64,000 nt of DNA from an uncultured delta proteobacterium (GTDB lineage: Bacteria; Desulfobacterota; Binatia; UBA9968): NCBI GenBank assembly GCA_963760795.1, contig CAVXEP010000012.1, forward strand, positions 352,001 to 416,000, in the 5' to 3' direction. Each line of letters opens with the position of its first letter. Position 1 is the first letter of the stretch. The translations under genes and the position numbers were made by a program. This document shows, piece after piece, positions 41,464 through 52,167 of this stretch. The notes beneath the pieces were generated by a model. That model saw only the letters and a list, made by a program, of their open reading frames with translations, made no database searches and was not told where the DNA came from.

Positions 41464-41679
41464 CCGCCGTTCTTGGAGCCAAGTCGGGAATTCTAGGAGC
41501 AAGTCGTCATCTGCCCTGGCAGCGACGCTCCAATCAGGGATAAGGCGGATCACGCTTGAGTGCTACCGACGGCGGTTTTTAGTCCATACTTGATTGCTCC
41601 GACACGATCGAAACTATTGAAGGTCTCAAGAACTTGTTCAATACCGTGAGCCAGGGGAAAATGGCTAACCCGAAAGGGG

Positions 41680-41985
41680 AACTACTCCCTGGCGCGGTGC
41701 GAGTCGGCGGCTCGACAGTAGTTACCGAGCTTGCGCGTCACCAACACTCGAGCAGCCACTATCTGGCCGCCAGAGATTCACAGCCGGCCACGATGGTAAC
41801 CCGCATGCGAAGTGTCAAATGGTTAGTAACCGACGGTCCTTTCGCGGAGACGCACGAACTGTTGGGAGGCTAATTCCCGGTCGGGAAGAAGTACATCGAC
41901 GCGGCCATCGGTATCGCGGCGCGGATTCCCATAGCGCGCAATAGACTGTCGAAGTTCGTCCGGTCACGACACAAGCATCATTGAC
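41680..41985 (+). pseudogene. YciI/DGPF-domain gene remnant
   Basis: VTDGPFAETHELLGG*F..DAAIGIAARIP then TVEVRPV; contains a stop and frameshifts. Confidence 0.7.
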
Positions 41986-42079
41986 TCTGTGACGAGCTGT
42001 CCCGTGAATCGCTAGCCGCGCCACTTCCAGGCGGCAGTTGCGGTGGGTGCAGCTTGAGCGGTGCTGGAGGAAGCAGCGC

Positions 42080-42184
42080 AACCCTCGTCACGGCGTATTC
42101 TAGAGTATTCGCCAATTCGCGCACATTGCCCGGCCAGTCATGCTGCATTAGTTTCTGCATCGCTTCAGGCGATGCCCGCTTCAC
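42080..42184 (-). pseudogene. Fragment of a sigma-54 activator AAA+ lid
   Basis: [28 protein letters not shown] only. Confidence 0.75.
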
Positions 42185-42342
42185 GGCCGATATACATTTA
42201 GTTTACTGCGAGATTCATCGAACCATCCCCCCAGGCCTTCGACTGGTTTCACACCGAAAGCCTTTTTATAAAATTCAGCTAAATTTTTTAGGTCGGCGCT
42301 GGCGATTGCGATATGTTTAGTTCATTATCCGGCGAATGACAT

Positions 42343-42795
42343 CTATATTTGGTGATCACCCCCACTGCTGGGCAAGATTATACTACAGCGAGCAGTGAGA
42401 ATGACGTGATCGTCCTGGTTCTTCCCTGCCAAATTGCACGCGATCCACGGATCGTTTGGAGTTGATGACTTTTCCGCGACCGTGCCGGAGTAAATGATCA
42501 GATCGCCTTCGAAAGTCGGATAAGACTGGCGCACCGCCAGTTTGCGCAAAACTCCGCGTGAACCGATCCAATCCGTAATGGTGCGAACGAGCAAAGCCTC
42601 GCGATACCCGCCGCTGGCAATAAACGTTTTGAAACCGTTCCGTTCCCGGACGAAATCTCGATCCCAGTGAAGCCGATACCAGTTTTCCTGAAATCCGGCC
42701 CACTCCACCGTGTCGACGATGGTCAAAGGGCCAAAGACGCGCTTCGGAATAGGCTGTCCCACGTCGACGTCTTCGAAGCAATGCTGTTCAATCAT
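42343..42795 (-). CDS. MaoC-like hotdog (de)hydratase subunit
   Basis: FEDVDVGQ.IP, RLHWDRDF, TDWIG, GD.I...G.V.EK. Confidence 0.85.
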   Translation of the reverse strand: MIEQHCFEDVDVGQPIPKRVFGPLTIVDTVEWAGFQENWYRLHWDRDFVRERNGFKTFIASGGYREALLVRTITDWIGSRGVLRKLAVRQSYPTFEGDLIIYSGTVAEKSSTPNDPWIACNLAGKNQDDHVILTARCSIILPSSGGDHQI

Positions 42796-42813
42796 GGCAA
42801 TGGCATGGCCGTT

Positions 42814-43938
42814 TCAAAGAACGCCGCTCTCCATCAGGGCCTGTTGCTCCAAATCTGAATAACCGAGTCGCGACAGGATCTCCGCGGTGTGCTCCCCTAG
42901 CGACGGCGCCTGTTTCAATGGGAGCGCGCGGGTAGTTGAGATCGCGCCTCCGGGAAGTGTGATGGAGCCGAGCGCCGGGTCGTTAAATGTCGTCAAAAAT
43001 CCTCGCTCCAGTAATTGAGGATCCTGCAGCAACTCTGCCGGAGTGACGACCGGGGAGGCGGCTATATTGCGAATTTGGGCCCCGGTGACGAGATGTTCTT
43101 TGAGCAACTGCTTCGACCATGCCTCCAACCGGTTGAGAATGAAGTCCCGCTTTCGATCGCGCCCGATATCCTCGTCCAGGGAGGGATCGTTAGTAAGCGC
43201 GGGATCGCCCACCCACTCCTTAATTTTGCTCCACGCCTGGGGATTGGGAGGAACGCTCACCATCCAGTAGCCGTCCGCGCATTCCAGTGCGCCTGAAACC
43301 GAGGTGATTTGGCCCCTTAAACCTCGGCGGCGCGTTACCACTCCTGAGGAAGTGTAGGCGACCACGGCTTGCTCCATCAACGACTCCAACGTCTGCTGGG
43401 CCGAGACACGAACCACTTCCCCCCGTCCCGTCAACTGCTGAATGTAGATGGCGGCCGCAGCGGCGATGGCTACCTGGACCCCGGTGATCGCGTACGTGAC
43501 ATGGCCGCCTGCCAGGACCGGCCTCTGCGACGGCTGGCCGGTAATCGACATCAGTCCAGACCGCGCGTAGGCGCAGATCTCCGTCAGCTCATCTTCAAGC
43601 AGCGTCAGCACAAGCCGTGAATTTCTCCGCCGGAGAATTTCTTCTTCCACCGGCAACGGAGCGTTCGCAATCAAAGCGTCGGCTGTCTCGATCAATTTAA
43701 GAAAGACCGCACGACCGTCCGGCAATGTTAGGTCCAGCGTCAAGCTCTTTTTCCCCATGTTCAGAAACATGTGATAGGGCCCGTGATCGAGATCTAAATG
43801 ATCACCAACGTGCGGACCGAGTCGCCTGAGCGCATCCCCTGCGCGCGGCTCGACCCTGATCACCTCGTGGCCTGCTTCAGCAAGAAGGCGTGCGCCGTAT
43901 GAGGCGGAATGATTGGTAATATCAACGATGAGGGACAT
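42814..43938 (-). CDS. Class III CoA-transferase, BbsE-like (probably non-catalytic) subunit
   Basis: RLLAEAGHEVIRVEP..GD.LR, LNMGKKSLTLDL, AP.LGEHT; no catalytic Asp. Confidence 0.88.
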   Translation of the reverse strand: MSLIVDITNHSASYGARLLAEAGHEVIRVEPRAGDALRRLGPHVGDHLDLDHGPYHMFLNMGKKSLTLDLTLPDGRAVFLKLIETADALIANAPLPVEEEILRRRNSRLVLTLLEDELTEICAYARSGLMSITGQPSQRPVLAGGHVTYAITGVQVAIAAAAAIYIQQLTGRGEVVRVSAQQTLESLMEQAVVAYTSSGVVTRRRGLRGQITSVSGALECADGYWMVSVPPNPQAWSKIKEWVGDPALTNDPSLDEDIGRDRKRDFILNRLEAWSKQLLKEHLVTGAQIRNIAASPVVTPAELLQDPQLLERGFLTTFNDPALGSITLPGGAISTTRALPLKQAPSLGEHTAEILSRLGYSDLEQQALMESGVL

Positions 43939-44482
43939 TCTGGCTCTCGCTATGAGTATCTTGACCGGAGGGCTTGCGCTTTTGCAGCTTCACACTGATC
44001 TGACGGACCCTGAGGACCAGGTCACCGTCATCTCTTTGAAGCTCCATCTCTCGCGTCACAAAAATCCCCACTCCATTGCGGATCTTGCGCGAGACAATGT
44101 CGACAATCCTGTGGGTAACAGCAAGCTGATCGCCGAGGTAGACCGGTTTGAGCCATTCGAACTCCGCCTGCGCGTTGCGCGATTCGGTATAGCCTTCGGG
44201 AAGGGGTAACGCTTGCCAAAGGCTGTCCGATTGTGTCCCCGTGGAACCTTCATTTCTTCGATACAGCTCGGCAATCATCGCGGGAGGGATGACTCGGCTC
44301 CGATACCCGGCGGAGCGCGCAAAATCGTCATCCAGCCACAGTGAGTTTCTGTCACCCGTCGCATTGATGTACCGGCGCAGGTCCGATGCCGAGATCCTCT
44401 CCGGCAGAGGGATGGGGCCAATGGTCCGGCCACACCAGGCCATAAGCTCGTCGGTCACCACATCGTTCGCTTCATTTTCCAT
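43922..44482 (-). CDS. MaoC_N/FAS1-like hotdog dehydratase subunit
   Basis: DLRRY..ATGDRN.LW.D.DFAR..GY..VIPP, EFEW.KPVY.GD. Confidence 0.85.
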   Translation of the reverse strand: MENEANDVVTDELMAWCGRTIGPIPLPERISASDLRRYINATGDRNSLWLDDDFARSAGYRSRVIPPAMIAELYRRNEGSTGTQSDSLWQALPLPEGYTESRNAQAEFEWLKPVYLGDQLAVTHRIVDIVSRKIRNGVGIFVTREMELQRDDGDLVLRVRQISVKLQKRKPSGQDTHSESQNVPHR

Positions 44483-44491
44483 GGGAAGCAC

Positions 44492-45712
44492 TTACTGGAG
44501 GGCGCCCTGGCTTGCCAATGCGGTGATTTCTTCATCCGAGATCCCGATCCACTGGCGCAGAATGTCGCGATTGTGCTCGCCTAGCAGCGGCGCTGGCTCG
44601 AAGCTCGCCAAAGGATGCTGGCCGAAGGCAAAAGGAACTCCGGCGAAAAGCCTCCCGGCTCCGGAAGGATAATTCATCGCCCGAAACACACTCGGGTTGC
44701 TGGAGGATTCTAAAACTTCATCAATGTGCCGCACGCGCTCTGCCGGAACGCCGGCAGCATGTAACAGTTTTTCCACCTCGCTACTTTGCAATCGGCTCGT
44801 CCATTGCTCCAAACCAGCATCGATTTGGTCGTGAAACTGGCTTCGTCCGAGAAGGGTGCATAGCTTGGGATCCGTTGCCCATGATGGATTGCCCAAAGCT
44901 CCGACCAACGCCTGCCACTGCTGGTCATCTTCAACCTTAATAACGCACCACTTGTCTTCGCCGGCGCAGCGGTAGCAGCCCTGTGGAGCGGCGGCGGTTG
45001 ATCGATTGCCCGTTCGCAATGAACTTTCGTGGTTTAGCGAGGCCGCGCAAAGTAACGACCCAATGCTCGCCACGCTGCACTCAAACTGGCTGAGGTCGAG
45101 GTAGGCGCCCGAACCTGAGTGACTCCGGTCCGTAAGCGCCTGCAGAATTCCAAAGCAGGCGTGTAATCCGCCGACGAAATCATTCCAGGAATTTGAGATG
45201 GCCAGCGGAGGGTCTCCCTCGTTCCCGGTCGCCATCATCAAGCCGGAATAAGCCTGGAGGTTCAAGTTCATACTTCTCCAGTCGCGACGCGGGCCTTTGT
45301 GTCCGTACCCAGACATGCTCACGTAGACGAGTCGCGGATTCTTGACTTTCAGTCGATCATGTCCCAGGCCTAACCTATCCATCACTCCTGCGCTGAAGTT
45401 TTCTACCAGCACGTCCGCCGTTTCGGCGATCCTCTCGGCGAGCGCTTTTCCCAAATCGGTTTTGAGGTTTATCGTAAGCGAGCGTTTGTTGCGATTGATG
45501 TTGTGATAGGCAGGCGGCCTTTCATCGGAGTGATTAACGTTGGGATTAGACCTTGTTCCGCCGGCGAAATCTTTGCGCAGGCCCGTTTCGATTTTGACAA
45601 CGTCCGCGCCGAGGTCCGCCAGAATCCGCGTGCAAAACGGAGCTGCCACAATGTGACCGAAGTCGAGCACCCGAATACCGCTCAATGGCGGATTGTTTGC
45701 AGAACCTTCCAT
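44492..45712 (-). CDS. Class III (CaiB/BaiF) CoA-transferase
   Basis: PLSGIRVLDF, LADLGADVVKIE, NRNKRS, ENFS.GVM.RLGLG, SWND. Confidence 0.92.
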   Translation of the reverse strand: MEGSANNPPLSGIRVLDFGHIVAAPFCTRILADLGADVVKIETGLRKDFAGGTRSNPNVNHSDERPPAYHNINRNKRSLTINLKTDLGKALAERIAETADVLVENFSAGVMDRLGLGHDRLKVKNPRLVYVSMSGYGHKGPRRDWRSMNLNLQAYSGLMMATGNEGDPPLAISNSWNDFVGGLHACFGILQALTDRSHSGSGAYLDLSQFECSVASIGSLLCAASLNHESSLRTGNRSTAAAPQGCYRCAGEDKWCVIKVEDDQQWQALVGALGNPSWATDPKLCTLLGRSQFHDQIDAGLEQWTSRLQSSEVEKLLHAAGVPAERVRHIDEVLESSSNPSVFRAMNYPSGAGRLFAGVPFAFGQHPLASFEPAPLLGEHNRDILRQWIGISDEEITALASQGALQ

Positions 45713-46770
45713 CAATTTCCCATAATTTTTTTCACCCGCTCTATGATGTCAGCGGGCTGGTTCATCACTTCCTGCGCCAGATTCTGTAGTTCCTCGCTGG
45801 AGACAAACTCAACATCCATCTTCACCCGCTGGGCTTCCGCTAAAAGCTCCACATCCTTGAGGGCCGCCGCGTAACCGTCACGCAATAATTTAACTCGATC
45901 CGGAGGAGTTCCCGGCGCCAGAACAATCGGTTGCCCGAAATCGCTACCCGACAGGACCACGCGAACAACACGCCGGCTGGCATCGGATGTTTTGTACCGG
46001 TCCATGATTTCATAAATGGTCGGGGCGTCGGCTGCCCTGGGGTCGCGCTTTTGGCCGGTTTGCAGGATATGAAGATCGAAGCCATTCTTATGCCAGCTAT
46101 TGAAGGGCTCGCGGCCAAAGTGCGCGGGGAAAATCATTCCGCGACAGACCACTTCACCTTTCTCGACAGCCAAATCGATCTCGCTTCCCCCGGCGTACCC
46201 TAGCACTGTCTGGATTTTTACGCCGACGGCCTCCTGCAGGACCTTGGCTAGAATGTAGTCCGAGCTGACTACGCCCGATCCGCCGCATTTAGCGGGCTCC
46301 TTCGCCTTCAAGAGATCATCGACGTTCTTGTAAGGCGCGTCAGCCCTCATGTACAGGATCAAAGGATTTTTGACCGGCGAGCCGATCCAGTGGAATTTTC
46401 GGATATCGTACTGAACTTCTTTTTGCCCCGACAATTGAGCAGAATAAATACCGGCGTGGGGCGCGCCCAGCGTCAGTCCGTCCGGTTTCGCAACGCCGTA
46501 AACATAATTCGCCGCTACTATCGAGCCGGCACCCGGCATGTTCTGAACAACGAACGTGGGATTCCCGGGGACATGCTTCCCCATATAGCGCGCGACCAGG
46601 CGCGGCCAGAGATCATAAAAGCCGCCCGCGCTCAAGCCGACGACGAAGCGCACCGTCTTTCCCTTATAATAAGGCTCCGGTTGAGCATTCGGTGTCGCTG
46701 CCGGAAGAAGGTCCGGTAAAAGCAACCGGAAAAGCAATACTACGGCCGCGATATTGAGCTGTTTTTCCAT
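45712..46770 (-). CDS. Tripartite tricarboxylate transporter (Bug/TctC-like) substrate-binding protein
   Basis: YYKGKTV..VGLSAGGFYD, VQNMPGAGS, KPDGLT. Confidence 0.9.
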   Translation of the reverse strand: MEKQLNIAAVVLLFRLLLPDLLPAATPNAQPEPYYKGKTVRFVVGLSAGGFYDLWPRLVARYMGKHVPGNPTFVVQNMPGAGSIVAANYVYGVAKPDGLTLGAPHAGIYSAQLSGQKEVQYDIRKFHWIGSPVKNPLILYMRADAPYKNVDDLLKAKEPAKCGGSGVVSSDYILAKVLQEAVGVKIQTVLGYAGGSEIDLAVEKGEVVCRGMIFPAHFGREPFNSWHKNGFDLHILQTGQKRDPRAADAPTIYEIMDRYKTSDASRRVVRVVLSGSDFGQPIVLAPGTPPDRVKLLRDGYAAALKDVELLAEAQRVKMDVEFVSSEELQNLAQEVMNQPADIIERVKKIMGN

Positions 46771-46803
46771 AGGTGAGCCTTAATATTAGATTCGCCCTTA
46801 CTC

Positions 46804-47844
46804 CTAACGCCCTTGGTAGAGTCGATCCATAAAGCCGCTTTCGTCCAGTTTTTGGCACAGACTCATGTCGAGAACATCATCTGCTCCTAGCTGCGCGGCC
46901 TTTGGGTTCATCCCGAACTGTGCCATGAGTCTAAGCACCAAAGCTGCTCCCTTGGGGGTAGGACATGGTTTACGGGGCAGCGCTTTCAGGAGACTCACAT
47001 ACGCCTCCTCTACCAATTCGGGCTTGTTCAACTTCAGATACCTGGCGAGCGTTCCTTCCACAGTTTTTCTGTTCGATGGGGTGTGAATGAATGCTACTGC
47101 TTCGATGAGCGCCTTTGTCATATTCTCAACGAGTTGGGGTTGGGATTGCTTCAACTTGCGGGACATAACCAAACCGGTGCTCTGAAATGGTAAATTTTCT
47201 TTGGCGGCGTCGAAAAGAATGGTGAAGCGTTCGTTGGCGACGACCTGAGCAAGCTCGGGTGGAAGACTGGTAGCTTCGACGCTCCCTGCGCGTAGTGCCG
47301 CCATGCGAGCGGGAACACTGCCGATCTGGAGGAGAGTAATATTGTCCCGCTTGGGATTGAGCCCGGCGTGGTCCAGCACCATGTATGTCATCAAAACGGG
47401 GACGCCGGAAGGCGTCCCAATCGCCACTCTTTTGCCCTTGAGTTCTTCGACACTTTTGATCGAGGGTCGAGCGACGAATAAATAGTCCAAGGTGTTCAAG
47501 AACCCCAATACCATCGTCAGGTCTCCGCCAGCGGCAACCGCGTTGGCGACATTGTTGATGGCAAGCAAACCAAAAGGCACCTGGCCGGCTAGCATCGCCT
47601 GCGTCGCGGTCCCCGCTATGATAAAGACCAGATCTGTGTCCAAACCATATTTACTAAAAAAGCCCTGATCCTTGGCGATCCAAATAGGGGTCACGGCGTT
47701 GCTGATCACGCCATAAGCAAGGCGCTGTTTAACCGGTGACTGCGCACCCCAAACCGATGAGCATGGGCTCGCCAAATAGAGGCAACCCACCAAGACGAAA
47801 ATTGCCGAGGACCTTAATGACGCCTTCGAAGCTTTAATTTTCAT
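46804..47844 (-). CDS. SsuA/NMT1-type ABC substrate-binding protein
   Basis: WIAKDQGFFSKYGLD, ELKGKRVAI. Confidence 0.88.
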   Translation of the reverse strand: MKIKASKASLRSSAIFVLVGCLYLASPCSSVWGAQSPVKQRLAYGVISNAVTPIWIAKDQGFFSKYGLDTDLVFIIAGTATQAMLAGQVPFGLLAINNVANAVAAGGDLTMVLGFLNTLDYLFVARPSIKSVEELKGKRVAIGTPSGVPVLMTYMVLDHAGLNPKRDNITLLQIGSVPARMAALRAGSVEATSLPPELAQVVANERFTILFDAAKENLPFQSTGLVMSRKLKQSQPQLVENMTKALIEAVAFIHTPSNRKTVEGTLARYLKLNKPELVEEAYVSLLKALPRKPCPTPKGAALVLRLMAQFGMNPKAAQLGADDVLDMSLCQKLDESGFMDRLYQGR

Positions 47845-47956
47845 TTTCCGCCGGTTTTAAATTTTTGTTGGCAGCCAAAGACTCGCAGTCGCTCGATGCC
47901 GATTAAATTACAACCAATCGGTCCCATGGATATAGCACCGATCGATCCCCAGCAGA

Positions 47957-48370
47957 TCAGGGTTTCCTTAACCTGAATTTATAAAGAGTCGTGTCGTCCG
48001 TCACATCCTCGAAGAATGCTTCTACGGGCATGTCGCAGCGAAGCTCTTCCACGGCGCAACCTTCGACATTGCTGATGAGACGGGGACCCTCGTCCAATTG
48101 CACCAGCGCCACTGCATAGGGGATCTGGGGTTCAAAACCTTTTTGATAGACACGGTGATAAACTCCGAATGAGTGGATCTTGCCCATGCCGCGCGAGGGT
48201 GTCCATTGCCACTCCAGGCTCAAGCATCCCGGGCAGGTCACGCTGGCCGGAAACCAATACCAACCGCAACGAAGACAGTGGGGCAGGAGCAATTGATGTT
48301 TCCTGCATCCGTCCCAAAAGGGCTTGGACTCAACTGCAGGCCTAGGCAACGGTTTTTTGTACTCGCTCAT
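47957..48370 (-). CDS. DUF35 Zn-ribbon/OB-fold protein
   Basis: PFWDG, CxxC..CPGC, PY.VALVQLDEGPR. Confidence 0.92.
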   Translation of the reverse strand: MSEYKKPLPRPAVESKPFWDGCRKHQLLLPHCLRCGWYWFPASVTCPGCLSLEWQWTPSRGMGKIHSFGVYHRVYQKGFEPQIPYAVALVQLDEGPRLISNVEGCAVEELRCDMPVEAFFEDVTDDTTLYKFRLRKP

Positions 48371-49545
48371 GATGCCTCCCTCCCCAGGATGACCGCGGAC
48401 TGGCAGACAGTATTACCGCCGTGCCCTGTCACCAGGGCGATCTTTGCATCCTTTACCTGGCGGTCGGGTCCATGCTCATGACGGATTTGCCGAACGCCTT
48501 CGCAGAGCTGAAGCATGCCTTGCACATGGCCTTCGGACAGTTGACCGCCGGACGTATTGGTAGGTAAAGCGCCGTCGAACTCCAAAGCACCCGAAGCTGC
48601 GAAGGGCCCGCCTTCACCCTTTTTACAAAAGCCGTAGTCTTCGAGCTGCAAAAGCACCATGTGGGTGAAGCAGTCATACATCTGTGCCGTATCGACGTCT
48701 GCGGGGCCGACTCCGGCCATACGATACGCGGTCTCTCCTGCCTCTTTCGCGCCGGTCGTGATCATATTGTCGCCCGCGAACCAGCCCGTTAGCCGATTGC
48801 CGAAACCGAAACCCAGGACATATGCGGGTGGCTTTTTTAAGTCTCGGGCGCGTTCCGCCGAGGTCACGACGACCGCTCCAGCCGCATCGACGTAGACGCT
48901 GCAGTCATACAACCCGAGCGGATCGACAATCAGTTTTGCCTTCATGTACTGCTCGATCGTGAGCGGGTCACGGAGAAACGCGTTGGGGTTTTTTTGCGCG
49001 TGGTTGCGGAAAGCGATCGCGATCGCGCCGAGCTGTTCTTTTTTGGTGCCGAACAGTTGCATGTGACGCCGGGCGGCAATGGCGTAGTGTGCCGGTTGAC
49101 CGAACAGACCGAATTCGGGTCCGAATTCTTTCAGGGCCTGGGCATCACTATTGGCGGCCACCAGCGCCCTAGCCTCGGCGCTGCGATGTGTGCGCGACCA
49201 CGCATCTCTGGAGTATCCAACCACGACGGTATTGCACAAGCCGGCATCAATCGCCATGCAGGCCATTGCCACGCCGAGGACTTGACTCGCTCCACCGTTG
49301 TCCGTGGAGGTACTAAAGGATGTGTTGATCCCCAGGGCCTGGCCGACTTGTTGATGATGCGTATACGCGTCGTCGGGCCCGTGCGAAATGAGACCATCCA
49401 CGTCTGCTCTGGTCAAGCCGGCATCTTCAATCGCATTCTTCGCCGCAATGGCAAAAAGACCGATATCGCCGTGCTCGGGAACCTTCCCCAGCGGGCTCTG
49501 CCCAACCCCCACGATTGCGTACTTACCTTTAAGATTTTGGCTCAT
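48367..49545 (-). CDS. Thiolase-fold protein (SCP2/Ltp2-like)
   Basis: AIVGVG, MYDCFT, NTSGGQLSEGH; translationally coupled to DUF35. Confidence 0.9.
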   Translation of the reverse strand: MSQNLKGKYAIVGVGQSPLGKVPEHGDIGLFAIAAKNAIEDAGLTRADVDGLISHGPDDAYTHHQQVGQALGINTSFSTSTDNGGASQVLGVAMACMAIDAGLCNTVVVGYSRDAWSRTHRSAEARALVAANSDAQALKEFGPEFGLFGQPAHYAIAARRHMQLFGTKKEQLGAIAIAFRNHAQKNPNAFLRDPLTIEQYMKAKLIVDPLGLYDCSVYVDAAGAVVVTSAERARDLKKPPAYVLGFGFGNRLTGWFAGDNMITTGAKEAGETAYRMAGVGPADVDTAQMYDCFTHMVLLQLEDYGFCKKGEGGPFAASGALEFDGALPTNTSGGQLSEGHVQGMLQLCEGVRQIRHEHGPDRQVKDAKIALVTGHGGNTVCQSAVILGREAS

Positions 49546-49639
49546 ATTTTCTCTCCTGAGTGACGGGTCAATCGCACGACTGTTATGAACTATTAATGAG
49601 TGAGATCGTGGCTCAGAAAAACCATTCGCCGGCTGTTAC

Positions 49640-52024
49640 TCACTCAAGCGCACCATCCCGCTTGTATGCGGCAATCGTCGTTGCGCTGTAGCCGACAACG
49701 TCTCGCAGCACCGCCTCCGTATCCCGGCCAAGCTCGGGGAACTCCCACCTGCGGCCCAGCTTCGCATTGGCAAATTGCAGCGGAAAATTCGGCAGCACCA
49801 CATGTCCTAATCTTGGATTCTCCACAGCGACGATGAATCCACGCGCTCTTAGGTGCGGATCATTGGTTAAATCCTCGCCGGTTTGGACGACGCCCGCAGG
49901 AACACCTGCCCTTTGTAACTGATCTCGGATCGCGAAGACATCCTTATCCCTGGTCCATCGCGAAATGATGGAGTCGAGCGCAACGCGGCTTTTGAGTCTG
50001 TCAGCGCTGGTCCTGAAACGCGCATCCTCGTCAATACCATCGCCCAAGACTTTCGCCAAGGCCGACCATTGTTGATCGGTCTCCGCAGCGATAACGCACC
50101 AGTGATCGTCCCCGGCGCAAGCGTAGCAACCATGCGGCGCCGACGCCAGCGAAGCATTGCCGATGGGCTCAGGATCATGACCGCTCGCCACTGCCTCCAT
50201 CAAATTCGCGCCAATCATGAACGCCGTCGCTTCCGACTGTGCCAGGTCGATGAACGCGCCCTTGTTCCGGAGCTCGCGATTGAGCACACCGGAAATAATC
50301 AGGATGGCCGACAGAACGCCGGAAACATAATCAGGCAACACCGTCTGCGAGCCAACCGGCGGGTTGGTATTGCCCGGGTGATTCCATAGGTGCGTGAGCC
50401 CGGTGAACGACGCGATATTCACGCCCAGGGTCGAAAAATGACGCTTCGGGCCGCTCGTGCCGAGGCCTGGCATGCGCAGGTTGACGATATCCGGCTTGGC
50501 AGCGCAGAGCTGATCGTAGCCCAGGCCAACGCGACCGACCACATCAACGCTGAAATTGTCGAGCACGGCATCCACTTTCGCGACCAGGTCGTGCAGAATC
50601 TTCTGACCGTGCGGATGTTTAAGATTGACCGTGAAAGAACGCTTGTTGCGATTGAATTCGAGGAAGCGTGCCGACAGGTTTGGATCTCCGCTGACGCCGA
50701 AAAATCGAAACGGGTCCATACCGCCCTTGCTCGATTCGACTTTGATGACCTCCGCGCCGAGTTCGGCCAGGATCGTAGTACCATACGGCCCGGCGAGCAC
50801 GTGATCGAAGCTGACGATGCGCATGCCGTCCAGCGGACCATCGCCGGCCGTCGCGCTGACATTCTTTTTCGCCGGCGGTATTCTCCTATCACCGCCATCG
50901 CGCCAGCTATCGAGCACCGGCACGCTACCTGGCGCGGCACGGACACCGTCAATGACGAATGGCATTGCCGGCTGTTTTGTCCGGCCGAATCCCACATGAT
51001 CGACCCAAGCCATAAAGCCCCGGGCCTGCACATGGTCATCGCGGACAAACCCTCCGGGTGTGTTCACAGGCACACAGGGAATTCCCTGCGACTGCAGCGA
51101 CTCGGTGATTTCAGCCACGGTATATTTAACTACGAAGGCCTCGACGGCGGGATTGAGCTCCTCCACATGCGAACGGCGATAGACATAACTCAGCCATTCC
51201 GGCGCGTCGAATACCGGAGGATGATCTTTCCACAAATCCAAGAACAATTTCCAATGCTGCCGCGTGATGTAAATATAAACAAAGCCATCGCGGCAAGGAA
51301 AGATTTTTGCCGGAGCCACCGAGGCATGTTGGCTGCCGGCGCGTTTGAGGATCTCCTTGTCGTTGGCCCAGAGACGGATGACATGCTCCTGGGTCGCCAG
51401 GCATTCTTGCATCGACGCGTCGACGTGATCGCCCTGTCCGGTGCGCTCGCGCCGGTAGAGCGCCGCCAGCACTCCCGCCGTGGCGAATAAACTGGCGAAG
51501 TAATACGCCTGGGTTTCCGGCGGCTTGCAGGGCGGCAAGCTGGGATCACCGGAAATATAGAGAAAGCCGCTCTCCGCCAGCGCGACCAGATCGTTGCACG
51601 CGAACTGGCTCTTCGGGCCGGTCTGGCCGAAGCCGGTGATCGAAGCCAGGACAACACCCGGGTTAATCTCAGCGAGGTCTTTGTAGCCGAGCCCTTTGGC
51701 CGCCAAATCGTCCGGTTGAAAACTTTCCAGCACCACGTCCGCCGATTGCACCATATTGCGAAAGGTCGCACGGTCCGCTGCCATCTCCAGGTCAAGAACC
51801 TTACTGGCTTTGCCGGCGTTGAGATGGGCAAAGGTCGTGCTGAGCAGTTGGCCATCCGAAAACCTGACGAAAGGCGCCAACTCCCTGACCGAATCTCCCC
51901 CTGGCGGCTCGATTTTGATTACCTCCATCCCCAAACCGACAAGCACACGGCCGCACAGCTGCCCGCTCAAGCCTGTGAGATCGAGCGCTCGATAGCCCTT
52001 GAGAAATGCTCCGGGCGATTCCAT
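49640..52024 (-). CDS. Fused two-domain class III CoA-transferase
   Basis: Two CaiB repeats (LNAGKASKVLDL; GPLDGMRI..NRNKRS..LPDY). Confidence 0.92.
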   Translation of the reverse strand: MESPGAFLKGYRALDLTGLSGQLCGRVLVGLGMEVIKIEPPGGDSVRELAPFVRFSDGQLLSTTFAHLNAGKASKVLDLEMAADRATFRNMVQSADVVLESFQPDDLAAKGLGYKDLAEINPGVVLASITGFGQTGPKSQFACNDLVALAESGFLYISGDPSLPPCKPPETQAYYFASLFATAGVLAALYRRERTGQGDHVDASMQECLATQEHVIRLWANDKEILKRAGSQHASVAPAKIFPCRDGFVYIYITRQHWKLFLDLWKDHPPVFDAPEWLSYVYRRSHVEELNPAVEAFVVKYTVAEITESLQSQGIPCVPVNTPGGFVRDDHVQARGFMAWVDHVGFGRTKQPAMPFVIDGVRAAPGSVPVLDSWRDGGDRRIPPAKKNVSATAGDGPLDGMRIVSFDHVLAGPYGTTILAELGAEVIKVESSKGGMDPFRFFGVSGDPNLSARFLEFNRNKRSFTVNLKHPHGQKILHDLVAKVDAVLDNFSVDVVGRVGLGYDQLCAAKPDIVNLRMPGLGTSGPKRHFSTLGVNIASFTGLTHLWNHPGNTNPPVGSQTVLPDYVSGVLSAILIISGVLNRELRNKGAFIDLAQSEATAFMIGANLMEAVASGHDPEPIGNASLASAPHGCYACAGDDHWCVIAAETDQQWSALAKVLGDGIDEDARFRTSADRLKSRVALDSIISRWTRDKDVFAIRDQLQRAGVPAGVVQTGEDLTNDPHLRARGFIVAVENPRLGHVVLPNFPLQFANAKLGRRWEFPELGRDTEAVLRDVVGYSATTIAAYKRDGALE

Positions 52025-52167
52025 ATTGCTTTCTGCTCCCGCGTGTAGGCCGCTTAGCTACCGAGGTTTTTAGGATTGTCTAGCTTCTTCCACCAACCGT
52101 TGCACGATCGCTTTCAATCAACTCCATAGAACCGGAACTTAACCCGGCTGCACTGTTTTCCGGCCTG

